Origin: the human T2T-CHM13v2.0 reference genome, Homo sapiens
Assembly: GCF_009914755.1 (NCBI RefSeq)
Contig: NC_060939.1
DNA length: 64,000 nucleotides
Direction: 5' to 3' (one strand)
Every line of letters starts with the position of its first letter. The stretch's first letter is position 1. A program made the translations under genes and the position numbers. Of this stretch, positions 39,810 through 53,265 are shown piece after piece. The notes beneath the pieces were generated by a model that saw nothing but the letters and a program-made list of their open reading frames with translations, did no database searches and had not been told where the DNA came from.

Positions 39810-40194
39810 GATGGCATTCATGTCCTACCCCCACAATAAGCTATGTATTCATCTCTTGAAACTGCTTGCTGTTGCCACGAGTAGTTATAAATTAACCTAA
39901 TAATGGGGCACCAGACGCTAGAACCCATACCCTGTTGCTTAACAATGTATATAGCCAATCATTGTTATTTCTGTAAACCAATGGGGATCCCTGACAAACA
40001 ACTTTGTATCAGCCCATTCCCTGTCCCCCTTTTTTTGCCTTTAAAGGCAAAGGAGGACAGGGGAGCTCCCCTTAATGGGGAGCTCATTCCAAGTTTCCTT
40101 GGGTCTGAGTCTTCAGGGCAGCTGTCCTCACTTTGGCTAAAGTAAACTCTTTAAATTATATTTTGTGCCTCAGCCTCTTCCTTTTAGGTTAACA
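39417..40194 (+). mobile_element. MER34-family (ERV1) solo LTR interrupted by an Alu (~39499-39806)
   Basis: TGAGAAAAGAAAATAACTTTTA...AAATTATCAGGCCCAG start, ...AGGTTAACA end; 4-bp TSD CTTC at 39413-39416 and 40195-40198. Confidence 0.75.
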
Positions 40195-40357
40195 CTTCCC
40201 AGAAGCCATACTTCAAATGGCCTCTCTGTACCTGCTTCTAGACTGGAAGTCCACCAGGACATTGGCTTTTGCCCTGTACATGGCAAACACAGGGCTCTGT
40301 TTCTTTTTTTATTTTTTATCCAAGGAGAGGTACAGAAGAGTGCAAAAAACACATATG

Positions 40358-41197
40358 TGAAACCAGCCCAATTGTCCAATAGAATATGTTTATGGTTTAT
40401 TTTGAATAAAGAGAGAAAATTGACCTGCCCAGTCTTAAAACTTGAGAAACTTACATTTGTCTTATCTGAGTTCCTTTTGGAGGAAACCAACCATCAGGTC
40501 TCCCAGATAGTATCAAGAAACTGAAACTTACCAGATCACCACATTTGGACAATGAGACACCAGATCCTTCACCTGTCATGACTGCCTAACCCAGCGGTTC
40601 CCAGCTTTTTTGGCACCAGGGACAGGTTTCATGGAAGAAAGTTTTTCCATGGGGTGTGGGGTTGGGGCTGATGGGTATGGTTTCAGGATGAAACTGTTCC
40701 ACCTCAGATCATCAGGCATTAGTTAGATTATCATAAGGAGCAAGCAACCTAGATCCCTCACATGCGCAGTTCACAATAGGGTTCGAGCTCCTATGAGCAT
40801 CTAAGGTCGTGACTGATCTGACAGGAGGTGGAGCTCAGGCAATAATGCTCCCTCACCTGCCACTCACCTCCTGCTGTGTGGCCCAGTTCCTAACTAGTCC
40901 ATGGCCCAGGGGTTGGGACCCCCGGCCTAACCAACCACCTGCTTCCTGTTGAACAATTCTTCTTCCTTATCCCTCCCTATTTCCTGTTTCCCCACACATA
41001 GTTACATTTCTTCCTTGCTATATAAACCCCTAATTTTAGTTAGCTGAGGAAATGGACTTGAGACTGAACTCCCGTTTCCCTGGCTGCAGCACCTGAAAAA
41101 GCTTTGTTTTCCCCCGGCGATACTCATTGTCTTGGTGACTGGCTTTCTGTGTGGCGAGCAATGGGATCTAGGCTAAACCCTTGGTGTTTCAGTAACA
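40358..41197 (+). mobile_element. LTR26-family (ERV1) solo LTR interrupted by MER1B
   Basis: TGAAACCAGCCCAATTGTCC start, TTTCAGTAACA end, TATATAAA at 41019-41026; 4-bp TSD TATG at 40354-40357 and 41198-41201; family name from recalled consensus. Confidence 0.75.
40592..40924. mobile_element. MER1B hAT-Charlie MITE inside the LTR26-family LTR
   Basis: Degenerate TIRs CAGCGGTTCCCAGC ... GGTTGGGACCCCCG; internal GAAACTGTTCCACCTCAGATCATCAGGCATTAG; perfect 8-bp TSD GCCTAACC at 40584-40591 and 40925-40932. Confidence 0.88.
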
Positions 41198-41737
41198 TAT
41201 GTACAGTTTAAAGAAAAATTATGTACAGTTTAAATAAAAGTGGGCACTCATAACCACCACTGACTGCGTCTTTTACATTTTTCTCTTTATATTTTTTCTC
41301 TCATGTTCTTGGAGTAGTGGTGACCCCCACCGTGGGAACCTCCAGTACTATCTTAATAGAGTACATCTGTCCACTATAACTGCAGTTTCAGTGTCAAACG
41401 CTCTGGGTCCTAGGATATTCTGGTCTCTTGGAGTCTTGGGTTTTGTGAGTAGCCCCAGAAGCTTTACTTATTTAGCCCCACTATTTTCTTGCTAGGTGTG
41501 GATACCATTATTGCCTTTTCCTCCTATTAAATAATTATTACCTCAATATATTTATTTTGAGGTATGTATATGTTTACTCAGTAAGTTTATTACCTCAATA
41601 TGTTTGTCCTGATGGCTTGTCAGTTCAAGTCTGTGAGCTCTCTTCTTTATTCCACCTGCAAGAAAAGACAGGGCCATTTTGTATATGGGGCATATTGCCC
41701 CAGTGCTGAAGGTATAAAGCCTACAAGCTTTCAAAGA

Positions 41738-41739
<2 letters not shown>

Positions 41740-41779
<40 letters not shown>
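41740..41779. repeat. (GT)20 microsatellite ~1 kb upstream of the LACTB ATG
   Basis: Read directly. Confidence 0.95.
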
Positions 41780-41783
<4 letters not shown>

Positions 41784-42731
41784 ATCCCAAAATATAAAAA
41801 TTACAAAACTGATAAATGTTTAAGTAACTTCAAATTAACATATCAATTTCATTACACGTTAAACTAGGATTTTATACACATTTTACATTTTGTAGCAATT
41901 TGAGATTAGGTTTCTTATTTCACAAGAATGTCTGATCATTTACAGATGCTGAGAAATCATAGGTAATTGTAAATTATAATAGTTACTTTTGGATTAAAAT
42001 TTTTCAAGCACGAAATTTTTAAAAAACACTTCATCTTTTATAGCAAAAGAAAGGTAATATAAGGTCTGGATGTAACTTCATGTCTTTGGTACGGTGTGGA
42101 GCTAGAATTCCAGAAGCAATAGATTTTAAAACATCTTTAGGGAAATGGGTGAATTGAAATGGGACATAAGGGAGATGGCAAGAGAGTGAAAAGAAGCGCG
42201 TTCTAAAGGGGGAAAGGAGAAAGGGAAAGGAAAGGAGAAAGGCATCTCTAAAGGGAAAGGAGATGCCTGCTGAGCGTCTACTGTGTGCCCTGCGCTGTTC
42301 CAGAAGTTGAGGATCCAAAACTAAGTCTAGGCTCCCCAAAGAAGTCCCACTCTGGTAAGGAATCTGACAAGTAGTTAAATGATACAAAGTGTTAACTGTT
42401 GTTAAAGAAGTGTGCACACTGAGGGGCAAGATGGTAAGGGCGAGAACTCCCATGGGACGGGAACTAGGAAGGCTTCTGGGAGGTGACGCTTGATCTGAGG
42501 GTAAGCAAAGGAAAAAAAGGAAAGAGAGACAGAAAGGAAAAACAAGGAAGAGACAAGAAAAGGGAGAGGAAGAAGGGCTCGATGCGATCGGCGCTCGGGT
42601 AGTCAGGCGTCGACTGCTAGGGTCTGACCGCGGTCCCCACCCCCGTCCCGCCCCCTGTCCTTCCCTCCGCCCCGCGCCGCGGCTGGCAGGGTGTGCGTGA
42701 GTTTGGTGGCGGCCGGCTGTGCAGAGACGCC

Positions 42732-43088
42732 ATGTACCGGCTCCTGTCAGCAGTGACTGCCCGGGCTGCCGCCCCCGGGGGCTTGGCCTCAAGCTGCGGA
42801 CGACGCGGGGTCCATCAGCGCGCCGGGCTGCCGCCTCTCGGCCACGGCTGGGTCGGGGGCCTCGGGCTGGGGCTGGGGCTGGCGCTCGGGGTGAAGCTGG
42901 CAGGTGGGCTGAGGGGCGCGGCCCCGGCGCAGTGCCCCGCGGCCCCCGACCCTGAGGCGTCGCCTCTGGCCGAGCCGCCACAGGAGCAGTCCCTCGCCCC
43001 GTGGTCTCCGCAGACCCCGGCGCCGCCCTGCTCCAGGTGCTTCGCCAGAGCCATCGAGAGCAGCCGCGACCTGCTGCACAGGATCAAG
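42732..43088 (+). CDS. LACTB: LACTB coding exon 1 (aa 1-119; mitochondrial targeting presequence and Gly/Leu-rich hydrophobic segment)
   Basis: GCCATGT start context; translation MYRLLSAVTARAAAPGG...RDLLHRIK matches the LACTB N-terminus; donor AAG|GTGCGG at 43088/43089; 357 nt, phase 0. Confidence 0.97.
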
Positions 43089-43370
43089 GTGCGGCCACTG
43101 GAGCGGGGGGCGTAGGGGGCCGGGGATCCACCCCTGTCGGCGGTGCTGTCGGGGGCTGAGTGGACCCCACCCGGGGCGGCGGGGTGCCCGCGATCGGCTT
43201 CCGAGAAAGACTTCCCATTTCCCCACCGCCGAGCCGTGGTCAGACGCTCTTGGGGGTTCCCCAAATCTGGGTGGAGGTCACCGCCTGTCTCGGGGACCGC
43301 CCCTTCCCCCTAGGGGGCGGACAGGCACATCCCTTGCTGTTAGTGAGTGACCATGGCCTGGGACGAGGTG

Positions 43371-43419
43371 GGCGGGGCCCAGGCTCAGGGGGCGGGGCCC
43401 AGGCTCAGGGGGCGGGGCC
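43371..43419 (+). repeat. 20-bp tandem repeat GGCGGGGCCCAGGCTCAGGG x~2.5 in LACTB intron 1 (three GC boxes)
   Basis: Read directly. Confidence 0.9.
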
Positions 43420-43495
43420 TTGGAAGGTCCCCGAGGAGAGCGCTGGGCTTTTTCAGCAGGCCCGTAACTGTCGGTTCTTTCCCCTTCGGTCTTAG

Positions 43496-43562
43496 GATGA
43501 GGTGGGCGCACCGGGCATAGTGGTTGGAGTTTCTGTAGATGGAAAAGAAGTCTGGTCAGAAG
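43496..43562 (+). CDS. LACTB: LACTB coding exon 2 (DEVGAPGIVVGVSVDGKEVWSEG)
   Basis: Acceptor ttccccttcggtcttag|, donor AAG|GTGGGT; 67 nt; too short for the ORF track but translates in frame to the typical PBP/beta-lactamase N-terminal strands. Confidence 0.96.
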
Positions 43563-43825
43563 GTGGGTTCAGAAAATTGTTGTTTTGTTCTGTGCCAGTT
43601 GGTAAATAAAATATTGTTTTACTGGTTAGAGTGGATCCCATGAAATGCTATTGCATTTACATAAAACGATGCATATTGTAGAGAAAACATCTAACATAAT
43701 AAAGAGTCAGGTGTTTTTAAATCACGGTAAGGTTTAAAATGTGACTAATAAATTGGAGTCATGAGGATGGCTACCCACTCCCACTTTTCTCTTAGGACTG
43801 GATTTATTAGTCTGAAAGTTTTATA

Positions 43826-44133
43826 CAGTAGTCCCTCCTTATCCTGGGGATATATTCCAAGACCCTCAGTGGATGCCTGAAAACGTGGATGATATTGAAC
43901 CCTGTATATACTATATTTTATCTTATATATACATATCTATGATAAAGTTTATAAATCAGGCATAGTAAGAGATTAGCAACAATAATAAAATAGAACAATC
44001 ACAACAATACTCTGAGTGGCATGCAATTTAAAGCTTACGAATTGTTTATTTCTGGAATTTTCCATTTAATACTTTCGGACCATGGATAACTGAAACTGAG
44101 GAAAGCGAAACCACAGATAAGGGGTAACTACTG
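43826..44133. mobile_element. MER44-family (TcMar-Tigger) MITE in LACTB intron 2
   Basis: TIRs CAGTAGTCCCTCCTTATCC ... AGATAAGGGGTAACTACTG, preceded by TA. Confidence 0.75.
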
Positions 44134-44288
44134 TGTAGAACAATCCATTAACTGAGTACTTGCAGGTAACACTTATGGGTAGATAAAACTCAGAATTTGT
44201 GAAGTTTTCTTTTTTAATTAAGTTAACAATTTCTTGAGGCCTCTCTTCCGTAAAAAGCAAAGTGCTAAGTACTGGGGTTATACACTAT

Positions 44289-45292
44289 TGTAGGGACCAG
44301 CCCCACAGGGTCGGTGGGTCTCTCCCTGTGTGCGGCGACGAGAGAGTGTAGAAATAAAGACACAAGACAAAGAGATAAAAGAAAAGACAGCTGGGCCCGG
44401 GGGACCGCTACCACCAATGCGCGGAGACCGGTAGTGGCCCCGAATGTCTGGCTGCGCTGTTATTTATTGGATACAAAGCAAAAGGGGCAGGGTAAAGAGT
44501 GTGAGTCATTTCCAATGATAGGTAAGGTCACGTGGGTCACGTGTCCACTGGACAGGGGGCCCTTCCCTGCCTGGCAGCCGAGGCAGAGAGGGAGAGGAGA
44601 CAGAGGGAAAGACAGCTTATGCCATTATTTCTGCATATCAGAGACTTTTAGTACTTTCACTAATTGACTACTGCTATCTAGAAGGCAGAGCCAGGTGTAC
44701 AGGATGGAACATGAAGGCGGACTAGGAGCGTGACCACTGAAGCACAGCATCACAGGGAGACGGTTAGGCCTCCGGATAACTGCGGGCAAGCCTGACTGAT
44801 GTCAGGCCCTCCACAAGAGGTGGAGGAGCAGAGTCTTCTCTAAACTCCCCCGGGGAAAAGGAGACTCCCTTTCTGGTTCTACTAAGTAGCGGGTGTTTTT
44901 TCTTGACGCTCTTCGCTACCGCTAGACCACGGTCCGGCTGGCAACGGGCGTCTTCCTAGATGCTGGCGTTACCGCTAGACCAAGGAGTCCTTCTGTTGGC
45001 CCTGTCTGGGCGTAACAGAACGCTCGCAGTCTTGTCTTCTGGTCACTCCTCACTGTGTCCCCTCAGCTCCTATCTCTGTATGGCCTGGTTTTTCCTTGGC
45101 TATGATTATAGAGCAAGGATTATTATAATATTGGAATAAAGGCTAATTGCTACAAACTAATGATTAATGATATATATAATCATATCTAAGATCTATATCT
45201 GGTATAACTATTCTTGTTTTATATTTTATTATACTGGAACAGCTCGTGTCCTCGGTCTCTTGCCTCAGCGCCTGGGTGGCTTGCCGCCCACA
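44289..45292 (-). mobile_element. LTR13 solo LTR (ERVK class), 1004 bp, antisense in LACTB intron 2
   Basis: Minus strand starts TGTGGGCGGCAAGCCACCCAGG and ends GGTCCCTACA; 6-bp TSD CACTAT at 44283-44288 and 45293-45298. Confidence 0.92.
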
Positions 45293-45977
45293 CACTATTC
45301 CTTGTCTTTAATGACTTTTCAGTCTACTTTATTAGGCTTTTTAACCAGGTAGAGGTGTCAACTATTTTTTTCAAACAGAAGGCAAAAAACTTAGGGAGAG
45401 GGATTTCTATTCATTTTATGATACTTTTATCAAGGCATTATTTTTCATAACTTCTCTGTTGCACAGAAATTGATCTAATTGGTCATCCTAGGTTTCTAGG
45501 AGTCCCACTTTTAGAAAATGATGTTTCAGGCCAGGTGCAGTGGCTCACGCCTGTAATCCTAGCACTTTGAGAGGCAGAGGCAGGTGGGTTGCCTGAGCTT
45601 AGGAGTTCGAGACCAGCCTGGACAACGTGGCAAAACCCCATCTCTACTAAAAACACAAAAAATTAGCCAGCCATGCTAGTGCGTGCCTGTAATCTCAGCT
45701 ACTCGGGAGGCCAGGATACGAGAATCGCTTGAACTCGGGAGGCGGAGGTTTGCAGTGAGCCAAGATCGTTCACTGCACTCCAGCCTGGGCAACAGCGAGA
45801 CTCTGTCTCAAAAAAAAAGAAAAAAAATGTTTCATATGCCATTTAAAGGCAGTAAGTTGATGGGCGCAGTAGGGGTTTGAATTTGAAGAAAAATGGGCCA
45901 GTTGAGGTGGCGCACGCCTGTAATCCCAGCGCTTAGGGAGTCCAGGGAGGAAGGATGGCTGAAGACCAGAAGTTTGA

Positions 45978-46204
<227 letters not shown>

Positions 46205-46976
46205 TAAGTAGAGACGGGGATTCTCCATGTTGGTCAGGCTGGTCTCGAACTCCCGACCTCAGGTGATGCGCCTGCCTCGGCATCCCAAAGTGCTGGGATT
46301 ACAGGCGTGAGCCACCGTGCCCAGCTTAAAATTTTTTAAAAAAGGAAAATGATTCTTCCTTCAAGTATAAGTATAATCTAATCATTATACCTAATTTATG
46401 ATAAGTCTTGTAATCAAAAATTATATAAATGTCAGCTTTATGGACTTTATGCAAATATTTTTTAGATATTTAAGATTATACAAATTTATAGTCATTGTAT
46501 TCCTTTTCTTTTCAGATCTCTGTTCTCTTTTTATTTATTTATTTATTTATTTTTTGGACAGGGTCTCTTACTGTGTCTCCCAGGCTGGCGTGCAGTGGTG
46601 TGATCTTGGCTCACTGCAATCTCAAACTCCTGGGCTCAGATGATTCTCCCACCTCAGCCTCCTGACTAGCTGAGACTACAGGTGCACTCCACCACGCCAG
46701 GCTTTTTTCTTTCTTTCTTTCTTTTTTTTTTTTTGTATATTTTGTAGAGATGCGGTTTCTGCCATGTTGCTCAGGCTAGTCTCGAAATCCTGAGCTCAAG
46801 TAATCCACCCGTCTCCGCCTCCCAAAGTGCTGGGATTGCAGGCACTTTTTCTTTCTTAGTTAGATTTACGCACTTTCAGCCTGTGAGAACATGGAAACCA
46901 AATTTAAAATTTTTTCTAGAAAAAGCTTTAAGTTAGTACATAATTTTCCTCCTGGTTTGCAGTCGAATTAAATTGA

Positions 46977-47377
<401 letters not shown>

Positions 47378-47718
47378 TGAAGAAGAATAATGATGTTTTC
47401 TTTAAAGAATACTTTATTTAAAATGTGGAATAACTCAGTTGTTTAGATAAGCTAAGAAAAATTTGTATCTAAGTCATAGAAAATTGCTATTGCAAACAGG
47501 GTACAATTTCACTTTAGTTATAAGGTTAAATTGTTAGGCTTACCGATATACTAAGATTTTAATCCTTTACATGTCCAGTGTTAAGTAACTTATAAAAGTG
47601 GAGTATCTTTTCTTTTAGATAAACACAGCATGTTTAAAGATAGTATTATTTCAGGGTTTGAAAACTTGTTTGACCATGAAGCCTGTTAATAGTGACTTTT
47701 TGCTTTTTTCCCCCAAAG

Positions 47719-47909
47719 GTTTAGGTTATGCTGATGTTGAGAACCGTGTACCATGTAAACCAGAGACAGTTATGCGAATTGCTAGCATCAGCAAAAGTCT
47801 CACCATGGTTGCTCTTGCCAAATTGTGGGAAGCAGGGAAACTGGATCTTGATATTCCAGTACAACATTATGTTCCCGAATTCCCAGAAAAAGAATATGAA
47901 GGTGAAAAG
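47719..47909 (+). CDS. LACTB: LACTB coding exon 3 containing the catalytic SXXK motif (S164-I-S-K at 47784-47795)
   Basis: Acceptor ttttttcccccaaag|, donor AAG|GTACTG; 191 nt; GLGYADVENRVPCKPETVMRIASISKSLTM...EGEK. Confidence 0.97.
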
Positions 47910-48212
47910 GTACTGAAACTCACAGTTCATTTTACTAATGGCATGTTAAATGGTTTATGCTGGAATTTATATTTAAAATGTTTCATAGGATTCTTTGGCT
48001 TGTTTTTAGTTATTGTTAATGTATTAGTTTTTCTTAATCCAGATGATAATCAGGTAGGTATTTTTCTGAAATTTGAGGCTAAGGATTTGTACATGACATT
48101 TTCCCAGCAGCAGTTCTAAGTGGAAAATATTACTGAGACATTATTCCGAGGCAACTAACTTTCTATTTTTCAGGTTAATATTGTAATTGAATTTTCATGT
48201 TTTTACAATTAG

Positions 48213-48549
48213 GTTTCTGTCACAACAAGATTACTGATTTCCCATTTAAGTGGAATTCGTCATTATGAAAAGGACATAAAAAAGGTGAAAGAAGAGAAAG
48301 CTTATAAAGCCTTGAAGATGATGAAAGAGAATGTTGCATTTGAGCAAGAAAAAGAAGGCCAAAGTAATGAAAAGAATGATTTTACTAAATTTAAAACAGA
48401 GCAGGAGAATGAAGCCAAATGCCGGAATTCAAAACCTGGCAAGAAAAAGAATGATTTTGAACAAGGCGAATTATATTTGAGAGAAAAGTTTGAAAATTCA
48501 ATTGAATCCCTAAGATTATTTAAAAATGATCCTTTGTTCTTCAAACCTG
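48213..48549 (+). CDS. LACTB: LACTB coding exon 4 (LLISHLSGIRHY motif plus Lys/Glu-rich middle region)
   Basis: Acceptor ttttacaattag|, donor CTG|GTGAGT; 337 nt; VSVTTRLLISHLSGIRHYEKD...PLFFKPG. Confidence 0.96.
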
Positions 48550-49498
48550 GTGAGTGTTAATCCCTTCTCTTAACAAAATCATCATTACTGAAATGTTAAT
48601 TTTCAGGAAATCCAAAATGATACCATCCGGAGTGCATTCATTGAGGTTGATGATTGTGATATGGACTAGTCTGGTGCTTGCGTTTTTGTCTGTAGTTTCT
48701 AACAAAGCCTAGCATCCAGGCAGCTTGTTTAAATTTTGCCTCATTGGAGACTACCCAGTCATTTAGAGGATTCTCAGTATCAAGATGTTCATGCAAACTT
48801 ATGGAGAAATGTTGGAATAATAGTTCTCTAAATACAACCTGGACCAAAGTAGACATGATAAGGTATTGCTGATATTTTAGTATTTAGTTAGAATTTAAAT
48901 TGCTCAACTTATTTTGTGCCTTTATTTCTTAAAGAAATGAGTGTTCATCACTAATTTTTTGCCAAAAATCTGCTCTATACAAATAATTATCTTTGTTTTA
49001 TTTTTTGATTTGGTGCCTATTGAAGCTACTTAATATCTAAATTTACCATAGTTTGATATACTTATATTCATTTTTCATTTTAAAAGCTTTTAGTTGAATA
49101 GATATTTTATAGATATGACTAATAAGAGCAAATAAGATATAATTATGGATTTTATCTTAAAAATAAAGTTCCATGCTGGGCACAGTTGGCTCACGCCTAT
49201 AATCCCAGCACTTACAGAGGGAAAAGTGGGAGGATCGCTTGAGCCCAGGAGTTTAAGACTAGTCTGGGCAACAAAGCAAGGCCCTGTTTCTCCAAAAAAA
49301 ATTTTAAATTAGCCAGGTTCGGTGGCCTGTGTGTGTAAGTAGTCCTAGCTACTCAGGAGGCTGAGGCGGGAGGATCCCTGAGCCCAGGAGTTCAAAGTTG
49401 TAGTGGGTTGTGATCATACCACTTTACTCTAGCTTGGGCAACAGCAAGAGCAAGACCCTGTCTCAAACCAGTTTGAGTTTGTCCAGAACCCAAAATGA

Positions 49499-49882
<384 letters not shown>

Positions 49883-50345
49883 TGAGCCACCGCTCCTGAC
49901 CCATATATTTTATTAAAATAAGAACGTGTTTGCCCATTTATGCCCTAAACAATGAGTAGAGGTATATTAAGAACAAAGTTGACTCAAGAAATCAAATTTG
50001 CTTTTCTTTTCTTTCTGTTCCTGTTTTGTTGTCACTTTGAAATATTTTTGTTTTGTTTTGAGGTAGGATTTATTTGCTTACTTTATTATCAGAGAAAGGA
50101 GCAGATTTATGTGAAATGTTAAAGTATGCTGATCATAATTTTATTCTTGTGTTAAGGACTTGGAATAAGGACAGTTGCAAAGTTAACTCAATTTGTTGAT
50201 GTATTGCCTGTGTTCTTTTTCTGAATGCTGAAGTAAAATATTCCAGTTTTAAAAGTATGCCAATTTTCAGTGGGAATATATTTTATATGTTTTTGAATAA
50301 TAATCAAGTATTTTATTTTTTTCCTCCTCGCAATGATGTCTCAAG

Positions 50346-50511
50346 GTAGTCAGTTTTTGTATTCAACTTTTGGCTATACCCTACTGGCAGCCATAGTAGA
50401 GAGAGCTTCAGGATGTAAATATTTGGACTATATGCAGAAAATATTCCATGACTTGGATATGCTGACGACTGTGCAGGAAGAAAACGAGCCAGTGATTTAC
50501 AATAGAGCAAG
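50346..50511 (+). CDS. LACTB: LACTB coding exon 5 containing the Y323-S-T motif (YXN/SXN equivalent; TAT at 50360)
   Basis: Acceptor tctcaag|, donor AAG|GTAAAT; 166 nt; SQFLYSTFGYTLLAAIVERASG...YNRA. Confidence 0.96.
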
Positions 50512-50839
50512 GTAAATGAATACCTTCTGCTGTGTCTAGCTATATCGCATCTTAACACTATTTTATTAATTAAAAGTCAAATTTTCTTTGTTTCCATTCC
50601 AAAATCAACCTGCCACATTTTGGGAGCTTTTCTACATGTCTGTTTTCTCATCTGTAAAGTGAAGGAAGTAAAACATGTTTATAAAGTACACTAAGACCCT
50701 TTGATGAAAGATAGCAATAATATTAATAATTCAAACATGAATAACTAAACCAAAATTGCACCCACCATGAGCATCTGTAATTTGCTCTTTAACCATTCCT
50801 TTTTTAGGTTTTAACTAATACTTTGTTTACGTGTTATTA

Positions 50840-52270
<1,431 letters not shown>

Positions 52271-52909
52271 GCTTTTAAAATAGTATATGAAATAATAAAA
52301 CTGTAACAGTAAATGGTTATTAGATTGCTTACCTATATGTGTATTTTTTGTTTTGTTTTGCCTTACATTTGTAAATATTTATTAAGCAAATACTACATGC
52401 CACGTACTATACCACATAATAGAGCTAACCTGACATAGCTCCTGCCCTCCAGGAGCTTACAGACCAACATCTAGCAAATAATTCAATTAAGTACATACAT
52501 TTTCTTTCAAAAAGAATACATGTTATGACTAGGCACAGTGGTTCACACCTGTAATCCCAGCACTTTGGGAGGCCAAGGCAGGAGGATTGCTTGAGCCCAA
52601 GAGTTTGAGACTAGCTAGGGCAACATAGTGAGACCCCGTCTCCACAAAAAATACAAAAATTAGCCAGGCATGGTGGTGCGTGCCTGTAGTCCTAGTTACT
52701 CGGGAGGCTGAGGTGGGAGGATTGTTTGATCCCAGAAGGTGGAGGTTGTAGTGAGCTGAGGTCGCCCCACTACACTCTAGTCTGAGTAACAGAGCAAGAC
52801 TCTGTCACCGCCCCCAACAAAAAAAAAAAAGAATATGATGATTATGTAACATAGTTATCAGTGGGGCCACACTGCCCTTTAGATATGTAGCTAACATGGT
52901 AATCCCCTA

Positions 52910-53265
52910 ATTTCTTTTTGTAATTATTATTTTAGATTCAGGGTGTACATATGCAGGTTTGTTACATGGATATTATATAATGCTGAGGTTTGGACTTAAA
53001 TTGAACCTGTCACCCAAATAATGAGCTTAGTACCTAATAGGTAGTTTTTTAACCCTTGCCCTCCGCCCTGCGTCCCCCTTTTTTGAGTCCTTGGTGTCTC
53101 TTGTTTCCATCTTTATGTTCACGTGTACCCAGTGTTTAGCCCCTACTTACAAGTGAGAATATGTGGTATTTGATTTCCTGTTTCTACATTAATTCACTTA
53201 GGATAATGGCCTCTAGCTACATTTATGTTGCTGCAAAGGACATGATTTTGTTCTTTTTTATGTAT
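52910..53265 (-). mobile_element. L1PA15/16-like 3' end fragment
   Basis: GTACATATGCAGGTTTGTTACATGG...GTGAGAATATGTGGTATTTG...GTTGCTGCAAAGGACATGAT. Confidence 0.7.

Larger units (their letters stand above)
42560..43520 (+). promoter_or_regulatory. LACTB: CpG-island promoter of LACTB with Sp1 GC boxes
   Basis: Abrupt rise in GC and CpG content spanning exon 1 and intron 1; CCCGCCCC / CCGCCCC boxes at ~42647-42673; no TATA box near the ATG. Confidence 0.88.

Noticed and set aside
42693-42731. In-frame upstream GTG extending the LACTB N-terminus by 13 aa
   Set aside because: Artefact of alternative-start ORF calling; weak context, and the ATG at 42732 has a good context and matches the known N-terminus
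42031-43511. Long antisense and alternative-frame ORFs over the promoter (316, 145, 149 and 111 aa)
   Set aside because: Expected from stop-codon scarcity in a CpG island; low-complexity Pro/Arg/Gly/Ala translation with no recognisable domain
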